Assembly: GCA_001818675.1 (NCBI GenBank)
Contig: MHJF01000006.1
Span: forward strand, 3,157 to 67,156
Length of the DNA: 64,000 nucleotides
Source of the DNA: Candidatus Harrisonbacteria bacterium RIFCSPHIGHO2_02_FULL_40_20
GTDB lineage: Bacteria > Patescibacteriota > Minisyncoccia > UBA6257 > WO2-44-18
Direction of reading: 5' to 3'
Shown here: one piece after another, positions 9,093-18,101 of the stretch
Numbering within the stretch: position 1 is the first letter of the stretch
How the letters are laid out: every line of letters starts with the position of its first letter
Position numbers and translations under genes: made by a program
Notes under the pieces: generated by a model
Seen by the model: only the letters and a program-made list of their open reading frames with translations
The model's database searches: none
Told to the model about the DNA's origin: nothing

Positions 9093-11615
9093 ATGTTTAG
9101 ATGGTTTTTAAAAATTTTTAAATCTGACAATAAATATGTCCGCAATTTAGTTGCGGCTATTAACGCAATAGAGCCGGAGATTAAAGAATTTTCTAATGAA
9201 CGGCTGTTAGAAGATTCTCAAAGTTTAAGGCGACTGATTCAAGATAAGAAAATGAATTTAGAAGAGGCGTTGCCTCGGGCTTTTGCTTTGGTTCGGGAAT
9301 CGGCTAAAAGAACTTTAAATCAGCGGCATTTTGATGTTCAGTTAATGGCGGGCATTGCGTTGCATCAAGGAAGAATCGCGGAAATGAGAACCGGTGAAGG
9401 AAAAACTTTAGCCGCTACCGCGCCTGCTTATTTAAACGCGCTTTTTGGAAAAGGCGTGCATGTGGTAACGGTTAATGAATATCTGGCAAAAAGAGATGCG
9501 GTATGGATGGGGCAAATTTATCACGCGCTTGGCTTGAGGGTTTCTTGTTTAATTCACGAGGGAGCTTTGGCATATGACCCTTCTTATATTAAACAGTCAG
9601 CCGATGACCTGATTGATAAAGAGCGGGATATTACCGGAAGTTTTTTAGTTCAGGAAGAATTTTTAAGGCCGATTAGTCGTCGCGAAGCTTATTTAGCAGA
9701 CATTACTTATGGCACTAATCATGAGTTTGGTTTTGATTATCTGCGCGATAATCTTGTCCATCGTTTAGAAGATCAAGTGCAGGGCGGCCGCCGTTATTTT
9801 GCGATTGTTGACGAAGTGGATAGCATTTTAATTGATGAAGCTCGGACACCGCTGATTATTTCCGCCCCGGATACGGAATCCAGCCAATTCTATAAAGTTT
9901 TTGCCCGTGTTGCGCAGAATCTTGAGCCGGATACGGATTATTTGGTAGATGAAAAATTAAAAACCGCCGATATTACTCAAGGCGGCATTGATAAAGTGGA
10001 ACAACAGCTTCGGATTAAAGATTTATTTAGCGCGGAGAATTTGCGACTGACGCATTACTTGCAGGAAAGTTTGCGAGCCAAGGCTTTATTTTTGAAAGAC
10101 CGAGATTATGTTGTTAAAGATGGAGAGGTGATTATTGTTGATCAATTTACTGGCCGGATGATGCTGGGTAGGCGTTATTCTGGTGGGTTACATCAGGCAA
10201 TTGAGGCTAAAGAGGGTTTAACCGTGAATCAAGAGTCCCGCACTTATGCTCAAATTTCTATCCAAAATTATTTTCGGCTTTATGAAAAATTATCCGGTAT
10301 GACTGGCACAGCGCAAACTTCGGCGGAAGAATTTGATAAAGTTTATGGTTTGGAAGTTGTGAGTATTCCGACTAATAAAATAATGATTAGAAAAGCTTTG
10401 CCAGACACGATTTATAAAACTATAGAAGCTAAGTATCAGGCGATCGCCCAAGAAATAAAAGCCAGGCATAAAGCTGGCCAGCCGGTTTTAGTTGGCACTA
10501 TTTCTATTGAAAAGAACGAATATCTTTCTAAGATTTTAAAACAAGAGGGCGTGCCTCATGAAATGTTGAACGCCAAAAATCATGAACGGGAAGGTTCTAT
10601 TATTGCGCAAGCTGGCAAACCGGGCGCGGTTACGGTAGCAACGAATATGGCTGGCCGCGGCGTGGATATTATTTTGGGCGGCAATCCTCCGGAAATTTTA
10701 GAGTCGCAGAAGATAAAAGATTTAGGTGGTTTATTTGTTATTGGCACAGAACGGCATGATTCGCGGCGCATTGATAATCAGCTTCGCGGACGCGCAGGTC
10801 GGCAAGGTGATCCTGGATCTTCGCAATTCTTTTTATCTTTGGAGGATGATTTGATGAGGATTTTTGGCGGCGACAAACTTAAAAGTATGATGCAGTGGTT
10901 GAAAGTTCCGGACGATATGCCTATTGCTTCTAAGTCAGTTTCTCGCGCAATTTCGCAAGCGCAATCAAAAGTTGAAGGAATGAACTTTGACGCGCGTAAA
11001 CATTTATTGGAATATGACGATGTTTTAAATAAGCAACGTTTGGCGATTTATTTCAAAAGGCAAGATATTTTGGAGAATGGTGTTGTTGCGAGGATTCCAA
11101 AAAGCGAGGGAGAAGCTTTGCTTGCTGGCAGGCAGGAAATTAATATTAGCGGTGATGAAAATTCGCCCCGTAACAATGAGCCACTATCCCATGGAATAGC
11201 ACGGCAAATTTTAGGGATGTTGGATTTATTATGGATGAATCATTTGGAAAATATGGAAGCTTTGCGGGAGTCGGTTCGTTTGCGCGCGTATGGTCAGCAT
11301 GATCCGTTAGTTGAATACAGGCGTGAGGGGCATTTGCTTTTCCAACAACTGTTGGCGGATTTTGATAAGTGGCTAAAACAATCCGCTGAAGGTGGATTAT
11401 TCGCCCGACCAGATTTAAAAGATAAATCTGGTTTAGGGATGGAGGAAAACAGAGAAAATTTGCAAACTATGACTAATAACAATGACAATAACAAAATACC
11501 GAATCCGGATGTCATTAGTCATTCGTCATCGGTTATTATTAATAATAAGGTAGGTCGCAATGATCCTTGTCCCTGCGGCAGCGGGAAAAAGTATAAGAGG
11601 TGTCATGGAAAATAA
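9093..11615 (+). CDS. secA: Preprotein translocase ATPase SecA
   Basis: EMRTGEGKT, DEVDSILIDEARTPLIIS, TNMAGRGVDI, QLRGRAGRQGD and C-terminal GRNDPCPCGSGKKYKRCHG. Confidence 0.99.
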   Translation: MFRWFLKIFKSDNKYVRNLVAAINAIEPEIKEFSNERLLEDSQSLRRLIQDKKMNLEEALPRAFALVRESAKRTLNQRHFDVQLMAGIALHQGRIAEMRTGEGKTLAATAPAYLNALFGKGVHVVTVNEYLAKRDAVWMGQIYHALGLRVSCLIHEGALAYDPSYIKQSADDLIDKERDITGSFLVQEEFLRPISRREAYLADITYGTNHEFGFDYLRDNLVHRLEDQVQGGRRYFAIVDEVDSILIDEARTPLIISAPDTESSQFYKVFARVAQNLEPDTDYLVDEKLKTADITQGGIDKVEQQLRIKDLFSAENLRLTHYLQESLRAKALFLKDRDYVVKDGEVIIVDQFTGRMMLGRRYSGGLHQAIEAKEGLTVNQESRTYAQISIQNYFRLYEKLSGMTGTAQTSAEEFDKVYGLEVVSIPTNKIMIRKALPDTIYKTIEAKYQAIAQEIKARHKAGQPVLVGTISIEKNEYLSKILKQEGVPHEMLNAKNHEREGSIIAQAGKPGAVTVATNMAGRGVDIILGGNPPEILESQKIKDLGGLFVIGTERHDSRRIDNQLRGRAGRQGDPGSSQFFLSLEDDLMRIFGGDKLKSMMQWLKVPDDMPIASKSVSRAISQAQSKVEGMNFDARKHLLEYDDVLNKQRLAIYFKRQDILENGVVARIPKSEGEALLAGRQEINISGDENSPRNNEPLSHGIARQILGMLDLLWMNHLENMEALRESVRLRAYGQHDPLVEYRREGHLLFQQLLADFDKWLKQSAEGGLFARPDLKDKSGLGMEENRENLQTMTNNNDNNKIPNPDVISHSSSVIINNKVGRNDPCPCGSGKKYKRCHGK
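11373..11436 (+). mobile_element. Two-hairpin element family B, in-frame in secA
   Basis: GG[CTAAAA-hairpin-TCGCCCGA-hairpin-TTTAG]GG; adds 22 codons. Confidence 0.75.
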
Positions 11616-11916
11616 AAATAAATTATTTATTTACGGTACCTTAATTGATCCTGAAATTCAGGAGTTAGTTTGGGGAAGAAAAATTAAAGGCACTGCCGAT
11701 ATTTTAAAGGGATACAAAAAATCAAAAATTAAAATTGACGGCGCAATTTATCCACTGATTGTTTTGAGCAAAAATGGGAAAGTGGAAGGATTAGTGATTA
11801 AAGTAACTGATGATGAGTTAAAGAAGATTGATAAATACGAAACCGACTCTTATAAAAGAATTGAAGTTGATTTGGAAAGTAGAAAATCTGCCTGGGTTTA
11901 CGTAAAAAATTATTAG
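11605..11916 (+). CDS. Gamma-glutamylcyclotransferase (AIG2-like)
   Basis: LFIYGTL..., ID.YE...YKR..V..AWVYV. Confidence 0.88.
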   Translation: MENKNKLFIYGTLIDPEIQELVWGRKIKGTADILKGYKKSKIKIDGAIYPLIVLSKNGKVEGLVIKVTDDELKKIDKYETDSYKRIEVDLESRKSAWVYVKNY

Positions 11917-12032
11917 GTAAAAAAAGCCCCCCCACTTGCGTGAAGGGCTGGAATACGTAGTGTTGTAGATCGATCTACGTCAGGAGCAAAGCCACTAATT
12001 AGTGGCTATGTAGAAAAATACCCGTCTATTTT

Positions 12033-12179
12033 TTAGAAATATTGTGTATCGTTAGAAAAATCATATGGTTTGTAAGTGCGAGAAAAACGGTAATTTTCTA
12101 GATGGGCGGCAAACTTCAAAAGATTCCAAATTGCAATAAATGGATTAAAGAGCTTCAGGATATAACGCAGATATTTCAT
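12033..12179 (-). CDS. Possible 48-aa small protein
   Basis: MKYLRYILKLFNPFIAIWNLLK... with GGAG upstream; below the ORF-track cutoff. Confidence 0.3.
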   Translation of the reverse strand: MKYLRYILKLFNPFIAIWNLLKFAAHLENYRFSRTYKPYDFSNDTQYF

Positions 12180-12325
12180 TGTATTTCTCCATTAGAGAAA
12201 TTAAGTTTTGAATTTAAAGTAGCATAATATCTTACCATAAGTCTATGTGTAGTCGTCAATAAAACGCAGTCACGGGAGATAGGGTTATTTTTAACGTCAC
12301 TCCTTCTCCCGGAGCTTCCAATTGT

Positions 12326-12523
12326 TTAGATAATCCATTTTTCTTCTATAAATTTGAGGATGTTTTCTTCAGTCAGCTCTCCGTAATTTTTTACAATTTG
12401 ATTTAGAAACCATTTTATCGGTCTATTTCTTATAATGGCGCCGTCTTGGAGAAAGCCATAAGTTTTTTCCGTGATTTCCGTAGATTCAATCTTGCCATCA
12501 ATCTCAATCCAAATTTTAATCAT
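12326..12523 (-). CDS. Hypothetical small protein
   Basis: 65 aa ORF with AAAGGAAG upstream. Confidence 0.5.
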   Translation of the reverse strand: MIKIWIEIDGKIESTEITEKTYGFLQDGAIIRNRPIKWFLNQIVKNYGELTEENILKFIEEKWII

Positions 12524-12609
12524 CTGCTTCCTTTCTGTGAACCCTAGTATTTGTAAAAGAACTATTTCACTATAATATTAAAGAAGCATTATTTCAAGTA
12601 AAAACTTTT

Positions 12610-12795
12610 ATGAAAATATTAATTTTAGGAATTATTATATTTATAATCGGAGCAATGGGCTGGGTAGTTGCGGTAGTTTTAAGCGTTATTACTGGAGGCG
12701 CTTTTAAGATTCTCGTCAACATTTTTGGTTGGATTATGGTTTTGAGTTTACCAGTGGCAATAATTTGGGTAATTATAAAAAAGACCCGTCGATAG
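12610..12795 (+). CDS. Small two-TM membrane protein
   Basis: Two hydrophobic helices and a basic C-terminus. Confidence 0.6.
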   Translation: MKILILGIIIFIIGAMGWVVAVVLSVITGGAFKILVNIFGWIMVLSLPVAIIWVIIKKTRR

Positions 12796-13068
12796 TTATC
12801 GCAGGGCCTTATTTTTATAATAAATGTTTTGTAGGATCAAGATTGATGTGAGAATGACTCCCGTTGTATCTGTCACAATGAGGAAGAGATCGGGTTTAGT
12901 CCACGCATAAAGAGTCCAGAGCAGGTAAGAAATAAAAGCGGAATATATTAGAACAGGAGCTATTCCGTCACAATTTTGCCTTTTATAATTTCGGTAAATT
13001 TGTGTCGGAAAACCTACAAGAGCAATAGTCATTGAGGCAATTACCGCCAGTGTTCCAAAGATAGGCAT
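12796..13068 (-). CDS. SemiSWEET/PQ-loop family transporter
   Basis: 3 TM helices; FPTQIYRNYK, LW..Y pattern. Confidence 0.75.
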   Translation of the reverse strand: MPIFGTLAVIASMTIALVGFPTQIYRNYKRQNCDGIAPVLIYSAFISYLLWTLYAWTKPDLFLIVTDTTGVILTSILILQNIYYKNKALR

Positions 13069-13161
13069 TCGCCACCTTCTTTTATTTTCAAGCCAAACTT
13101 TCTATATATTAAGTTCTTTTTAGAATTTTGGCAAAGTTAATTAAATAATTATACTAATGGG

Positions 13162-13848
13162 ATGAAAAAGATTTTAGTAATCGGGCATCGGGGCGCGTCG
13201 GGTTATGTTTTAGAAAACTCTTTAGAGTCTTTTAAAAAAGCCATAAAAATGGGCGTGGATGAAGTAGAGTTTGATATTCGCCGCACTAAAGATGGTAAGG
13301 CGATAGTTATGCATGACGCGAAATTAAATCGTACTACCAATGGCAGGGGAGTTATTAAAAAGCTAACTTTAAAAGAAATTCGCCGGTTTCGGATGGAAAA
13401 TGGAGAAATTATTCCTACGCTAGAAGAGGTTTTATTAGTATTAAAAAATAAAATTGGTTGCACCATTGAAGTTAAAGATTATGGGCTAGAAAAAGAAATA
13501 GTGCGTTTGATTAAAAAGTTAAAGGTTAAAAATTGGGTGATCGTAGGCAGTTTTAAGAAAACTGTGATTAAAAAGGTTAAAAAACTTATGCCAGAGGCGC
13601 GCACCCAGTTAATTGCTGATCGTGTTTTTTCTGTTAGGCATTTTATTAAAAAGTCTTTAAGTTTAGGAGCGAGTATTATTGCTTTAGATTACAAAAAAAT
13701 AAGTAAGAAGTTCATTGATGTCGCGCATAAAAATAATCTGAAAGTTTATGTTTGGACAGTGAATGATCGCAAAATAGCAAATAAAATGCGCCGTTTAGGC
13801 GTAGATGGAATGGAAGGGAATTATCCGGATCGTCTAAATCAAATCTAA
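13162..13848 (+). CDS. Glycerophosphodiester phosphodiesterase
   Basis: IGHRGA..ENS, EFDI..TKDG..HD, IPTLEEV, VWTVN, GVDG..NYP. Confidence 0.93.
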   Translation: MKKILVIGHRGASGYVLENSLESFKKAIKMGVDEVEFDIRRTKDGKAIVMHDAKLNRTTNGRGVIKKLTLKEIRRFRMENGEIIPTLEEVLLVLKNKIGCTIEVKDYGLEKEIVRLIKKLKVKNWVIVGSFKKTVIKKVKKLMPEARTQLIADRVFSVRHFIKKSLSLGASIIALDYKKISKKFIDVAHKNNLKVYVWTVNDRKIANKMRRLGVDGMEGNYPDRLNQI

Positions 13849-14991
13849 AAATTCCTTTTTAAATCTTTCTTTAGAAAATCTTTTTGCTTTTTCGGCGATT
13901 TCCGCGCGGCTGTTAAGTCCTGAGTTTATCGAAGGATTAAACTTTTTATTTTCAAATTCTTTAATGGCCGTAACGATTGCGTCCGATGTTTGTTCTTGAA
14001 AGAAAATTCCAGTTTTTTTATTTTCTATAATTTCCAGCGCTCCGCCGGCGGCATAGGCAATGACCGGCAGTCCGCAAGCTTGCGCTTCCGCGGCCACTAA
14101 TCCAAAATCTTCCACTTGGGGGAAAATTAACGCTTGCGCTTCGTTATATAGCCCCCTTAATTTATCATCACTGACATTGCCAAGAAATTCTATATTTTTG
14201 ATTTTTGTCCGCCGGCTGGCGGATTGATTTTTGATTTTTTTTTCTTCTGGCCCCGATCCAACAATTTTTAAAGGCAATCCTAAGTTTGCAAAAGCCTCAA
14301 TAATTAAATCAAAGCGTTTGTAGTGCATGAGCCGCCCAACGGCTAAATAGTAGGGCGTTCGAGGTTCGAGGTTCGAGGTTCGAGGTTCAAAGAAGAAATT
14401 ATCAGTATTCACTGGCGGATAGATTACTGTCGCTTTTCGGTTATAATACTTTTTGATTTTATCCGCGATAAATTGAGAGTTGGCAATTAAAACATCTGGC
14501 TTTTGCGCTGTTTTATAATCCCATTTTCGCAGAGCGGACAACAGCGGTTTTAAAATCAAATTCCTTAATTTTGAATTTTGAATTTTGAATTTTGAATTTA
14601 TGTATTCCGGTTCCCACGCGTATCGTAGGGGAGTATGAATATAAGAAATGTGTTTGGTGTGAGATGTGGGATGTGAGGGGTTGCGGGCAACGCGAATTCC
14701 TTTTGCGTATCCAGCTGTGTCGGAAATTATCAGGTCGTAATCCGCGTTTAACTTCAAACTGCTAACAGCCAACGGCATTAACGGAATAAACCAGCGATGA
14801 TATTTTCGGATAAATGGAATATCTAAAAAACTGGTTTTTTGTACCCGATCGTGAAAACGATTGAGGGTTTTTTCTGGGTCATGAAGTAGGGTATAAATTG
14901 GAGCCTCTGGAAAAATTTCTATTAGTGTCTCTAAAACTCGTTCTCCGCCTCCGAGTTGGTTGAGATAATCGTGCAATAAAGCGACTTTCAT
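13834..14991 (-). CDS. GT4 glycosyltransferase with repeat-derived insertions
   Basis: HDYLNQLGGGERV, GRL..YKR, EDFGLVAAEAQACG. Confidence 0.93.
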   Translation of the reverse strand: MKVALLHDYLNQLGGGERVLETLIEIFPEAPIYTLLHDPEKTLNRFHDRVQKTSFLDIPFIRKYHRWFIPLMPLAVSSLKLNADYDLIISDTAGYAKGIRVARNPSHPTSHTKHISYIHTPLRYAWEPEYINSKFKIQNSKLRNLILKPLLSALRKWDYKTAQKPDVLIANSQFIADKIKKYYNRKATVIYPPVNTDNFFFEPRTSNLEPRTPYYLAVGRLMHYKRFDLIIEAFANLGLPLKIVGSGPEEKKIKNQSASRRTKIKNIEFLGNVSDDKLRGLYNEAQALIFPQVEDFGLVAAEAQACGLPVIAYAAGGALEIIENKKTGIFFQEQTSDAIVTAIKEFENKKFNPSINSGLNSRAEIAEKAKRFSKERFKKEFLDLI

Positions 14992-15000
14992 ATATTTAGC

Positions 15001-15081
15001 GACTAGCGACTAGTGGTTAGCCACTAGTTTACAGGCGTTATTAGTATTCTACTCGTGGCTAGTGGCTAGTGGCTAGTGGCT
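15001..15081. repeat. Heptamer arrays (GACTAGC / GTGGCTA) in inverted arrangement around divergent promoters
   Basis: Directly visible tandem 7-mers. Confidence 0.7.
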
Positions 15082-15099
15082 TTGTGTATAATAAGTATT

Positions 15100-15687
15100 A
15101 TGCGTAGATTGTTTGATATCACTGGCGCTTTGGTGGGGTTAGCAATAACTTTTCCTTTTTGGCCTCTGATAGTTTTAGCGATTAAAATAGATTCACGGGG
15201 CCCGGCTCTTGTTCGTTTAGCGCGCGTGAGTAGGGGGAAATTGATTTATGTGTATAAATTTCGTTCTATGGTTGCCTGCGCTCATCTTTTGAAGAATAAG
15301 TTTTTTAATCTTAATGAGCGCCAAGACGGGCCATTTTTTAAGATTAAACAGGATCCGAGATTAACTCGCGTGGGTAAAATCATTAGAAAATTTCGTTTAG
15401 ATGAGCTTCCGCAATTCTTTAATGTTTTAAAAGGAGATTTGGCGCTAGTTGGCCCTCGGCCTCATGAGCCTGAAGAAGTCATTCATTATCCGGATGAATA
15501 CAAACATTTAATTTTGGCAAAAGCTGGCCTTACCGGTTTGTCACAGGTGAATGGCGCTTCTAGTTTGCCATTTTTATCCGAACTTAATTTAGACCATTAT
15601 TATGTTAAAAATCGAACTTTGGGTATGGATATTCAGATATTAAAGAAGACGATCGGGGTATTTTTTACCGATTCTACAGCGGTTTGA
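15100..15687 (+). CDS. Polyprenyl-phosphate sugar transferase (Bac_transf)
   Basis: KFRSM, DPRLTRVG..IR...LDELPQF.NVL.GDLALVGPRP. Confidence 0.92.
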   Translation: MRRLFDITGALVGLAITFPFWPLIVLAIKIDSRGPALVRLARVSRGKLIYVYKFRSMVACAHLLKNKFFNLNERQDGPFFKIKQDPRLTRVGKIIRKFRLDELPQFFNVLKGDLALVGPRPHEPEEVIHYPDEYKHLILAKAGLTGLSQVNGASSLPFLSELNLDHYYVKNRTLGMDIQILKKTIGVFFTDSTAV

Positions 15688-15751
15688 ATATTGTTCTCTT
15701 GTGGATAAGCCCCCCTACTTTAAAGGTCGCATTTAGAGTATAATCATTATT

Positions 15752-16138
15752 ATGAAAACATTTTTTAAAAAATTTTTATATTTATTGGTCGTTTTAGCGA
15801 TAGCGGTCGTATTTTTCCTTTTGGTTTGGAAGGTTATTTATCCCGCAATTTCTAGCACTATTGCGAGGGGCGGAAATTATCAGGGAGTATTTTTGGATGA
15901 TGGCACAGTTTATTTTGGAAAAGTTTCTAATCTTAGCTCTGCTTTTATTTATATGGAGGATGTTTTTTATTTACAGACTAATAAGGGGCAAAATCCCGTG
16001 TTAGTTGAGTTTGGCACCGTTGAGGCTTATGGCCCAGAAAATCATCTTCAGATTAATAGGGATAAAGTACGGTCTATTCAAGATTTGAAATCCGACTCCC
16101 AAGTGGTTCGAGCCATTCGTGATTACCGCGCTAAATAA
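15752..16138 (+). CDS. Membrane-anchored hypothetical protein
   Basis: N-terminal TM; YQGVFL..G.VYFG..DVFYL pattern. Confidence 0.65.
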   Translation: MKTFFKKFLYLLVVLAIAVVFFLLVWKVIYPAISSTIARGGNYQGVFLDDGTVYFGKVSNLSSAFIYMEDVFYLQTNKGQNPVLVEFGTVEAYGPENHLQINRDKVRSIQDLKSDSQVVRAIRDYRAK

Positions 16139-16149
16139 TAAATAAAAAT

Positions 16150-16347
16150 ATGTTTGATAAAATTTTTAGATTATTTCGGAAAGCTGATCAGGCGATGAGC
16201 GCGGCGGAAAGCATGCAGCGCACTGTTCAGCGGACAGAATATCAGGCGCAGAATGTTTCTAGTGTCAGCGCCAGTGGCAAGAAGTGGAAATGGGTTTTAC
16301 TTATAGTGATTTTGGCGGTAGCGGTGTTATATATAATATTCGGATAA
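16150..16347 (+). CDS. Small protein with C-terminal TM
   Basis: 65 aa ORF followed by a terminator. Confidence 0.55.
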   Translation: MFDKIFRLFRKADQAMSAAESMQRTVQRTEYQAQNVSSVSASGKKWKWVLLIVILAVAVLYIIFG

Positions 16348-16397
16348 AAAACCCCCTCTTTTTACACATTCGTGTGAAAAAGAGGGGGTTTTTGTTT

Positions 16398-16469
16398 TGT
16401 CCCCGCGAAGAATCGAACTTCGATCTACTCCTTAGAAGGGAGTCGTTCTGTCCATTGAACTACGGGGAC
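16398..16469 (-). tRNA. tRNA-Arg(TCT)
   Basis: Anticodon arm ACTCC-CTTCTAA-GGAGT; acceptor GTCCCCG/CGGGGAC. Confidence 0.93.
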
Positions 16470-16573
16470 ATCGGACAAAAAAATATTAGCAGATTCTATT
16501 GACATTAGCCACTTTTGTATTTTAAAATCTCTTTAGATTTTTGAAACCTCAGATTAGATAGAAAGGAAGAAAA

Positions 16574-17833
16574 ATGACTTATCGGCAACTGCGCACTGAT
16601 TTTGGAGCCTGGCTTTATGTGGCAGGAATGCCTCACGTCCATAGTGTTTCTTCCGGAGTCTTGGTATATGCCGGCACTATAGATGAAAGTTGGCCAAAAG
16701 AAGCTGGATTAGCCCATGCTTTTGAACATATGGTTTTTCAGGGGACTGCCCGTTTTCCTGATAGCCGGTCTGCCGCTGATTATTTGGAGAGCGTGGGTGG
16801 TTCGTCTAATGCTTGGACTTGGAAAGAGCACACTTTTTTCCACGCGCACGCGCCCGATACTGATTGGAAAAGGACTATAATTTGGCTGGCGGAAATTTTA
16901 AACGCCCCGCGATTTGATTCTAAGAAGATCGGTTCCGAAATGAAAATTATTTTAGAGGAGATTAAACGGCATCGGGACAATCCCAGTTCTTATGTCGGCG
17001 AGGCGGGTGAGGCGTTATTATATAGCGATCACCCTTTAGGCCGGTCTACTTTAGGGCTGGAAGAATCAGTATCGAGTTTTCAGAAAGAGGATTTTTTATC
17101 TTGGCAGGCGCAACATTATTATCCGGAGAATTTTGCTTTTTTGGTTGCCGGCAATGTAAATGCGAAAAGTGTATTAGATTTTATCAATAAATCTTTTAGT
17201 TCCGCAGCTACTAAACAGAATCGGAGATTGCCGCTTTTTGATCTTCCGCATCCGCCTGATTTTAAGCCGCCGATTAATGCGGAAAAAATTGTGGAGCGGG
17301 AAGTTGAGCAGGTGAATATTTATCTCGCCGCTCCGATTCCCGGTTTTTATACTCGAGAAACCGCAGTTTTGGATTTTTTTTCTGATATGTTGGGCGCTGG
17401 ATCGTCTTTCCCTCTTTTCCAGGAAGTTCGGGATAAGCTTGGTCTTTGTTATTCTATCGGGTCTGGGGTATATCGGTGGGACGATGTCGGTTCTTTTATT
17501 ATTTTTTTAGGAACAGACGTTAAACGTTGGAAGCTGGCTTTGGATACTATTTTTAAAGTTATTCGGAAAAGCGCTGGTGATCCGGCGCTGCTTAAAAAAA
17601 CCAAGCGGGTATTAAAGGGCCGGTTGGCGATAGGCGTGGATAGTTCTTTTGAAGTTCTTAATAAAATGTCTATGGATATGGTTTTTTGCGGATTGCCTCG
17701 GGGTCTTGAAGAAACGTTGGCGGAAATTCAAAGCGTTACTTTAAATGAAGTGTGGCAGGCAGTTAGACATTATTTAACTCCGGAAAAATTTGTGCGCGCG
17801 TTTGTTGCCCCGAAAGGATTTAAAACCAGTTAA
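16574..17833 (+). CDS. M16 family zinc peptidase
   Basis: GLAHAFEHMVFQGT (HxxEH), NAWT..E.T, LFQEVRDKLGLCY. Confidence 0.93.
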   Translation: MTYRQLRTDFGAWLYVAGMPHVHSVSSGVLVYAGTIDESWPKEAGLAHAFEHMVFQGTARFPDSRSAADYLESVGGSSNAWTWKEHTFFHAHAPDTDWKRTIIWLAEILNAPRFDSKKIGSEMKIILEEIKRHRDNPSSYVGEAGEALLYSDHPLGRSTLGLEESVSSFQKEDFLSWQAQHYYPENFAFLVAGNVNAKSVLDFINKSFSSAATKQNRRLPLFDLPHPPDFKPPINAEKIVEREVEQVNIYLAAPIPGFYTRETAVLDFFSDMLGAGSSFPLFQEVRDKLGLCYSIGSGVYRWDDVGSFIIFLGTDVKRWKLALDTIFKVIRKSAGDPALLKKTKRVLKGRLAIGVDSSFEVLNKMSMDMVFCGLPRGLEETLAEIQSVTLNEVWQAVRHYLTPEKFVRAFVAPKGFKTS

Positions 17834-17870
17834 TAAATTTTTCTCCCCCGCAAAGCGGGGGATTTCTTTT

Positions 17871-17922
17871 TGGACCTACGGGGAGTCGAACCTCGACTTT
17901 CCCGATGTCCATCGGGACGTAA
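17871..17922 (-). pseudogene. Degenerate tRNA-Ala 3' remnant with a REP-like arm
   Basis: Minus strand TTACG-TCCCGATGGACATCGGGA-AAGT-CGAGGTTCGACTCCCG-TAGGTCCA. Confidence 0.6.
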
Positions 17923-17930
17923 CATCTTTT

Positions 17931-18004
17931 TGGTGGACCTAAGGAGAATCGAACTCCTACCTTTTCCATGCCATGGAAACGTAATACCATTTTACTATAG
18001 GCCC
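17931..18004 (-). tRNA. tRNA-Ala(GGC)
   Basis: TTTCC-ATGGCAT-GGAAA arm, G3:U70, encoded CCA. Confidence 0.93.
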
Positions 18005-18056
18005 TAAAACAATTATTGAATAATTGTTCGGGCGATTCACTAGTTGGTGAATTTAG
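18004..18056 (-). mobile_element. Family B element at the 5' end of tRNA-Ala(GGC)
   Basis: Minus strand GG-CTAAA-TTCACCAACTAGTGAA-TCGCCCGA-ACAATTATTCAATAATTGT-TTTAG-GG. Confidence 0.75.
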
Positions 18057-18101
18057 CCCGAGCAGGCAAAATTTGCCCTTGAAAAGGATTATAAAGTAAA
18101 T

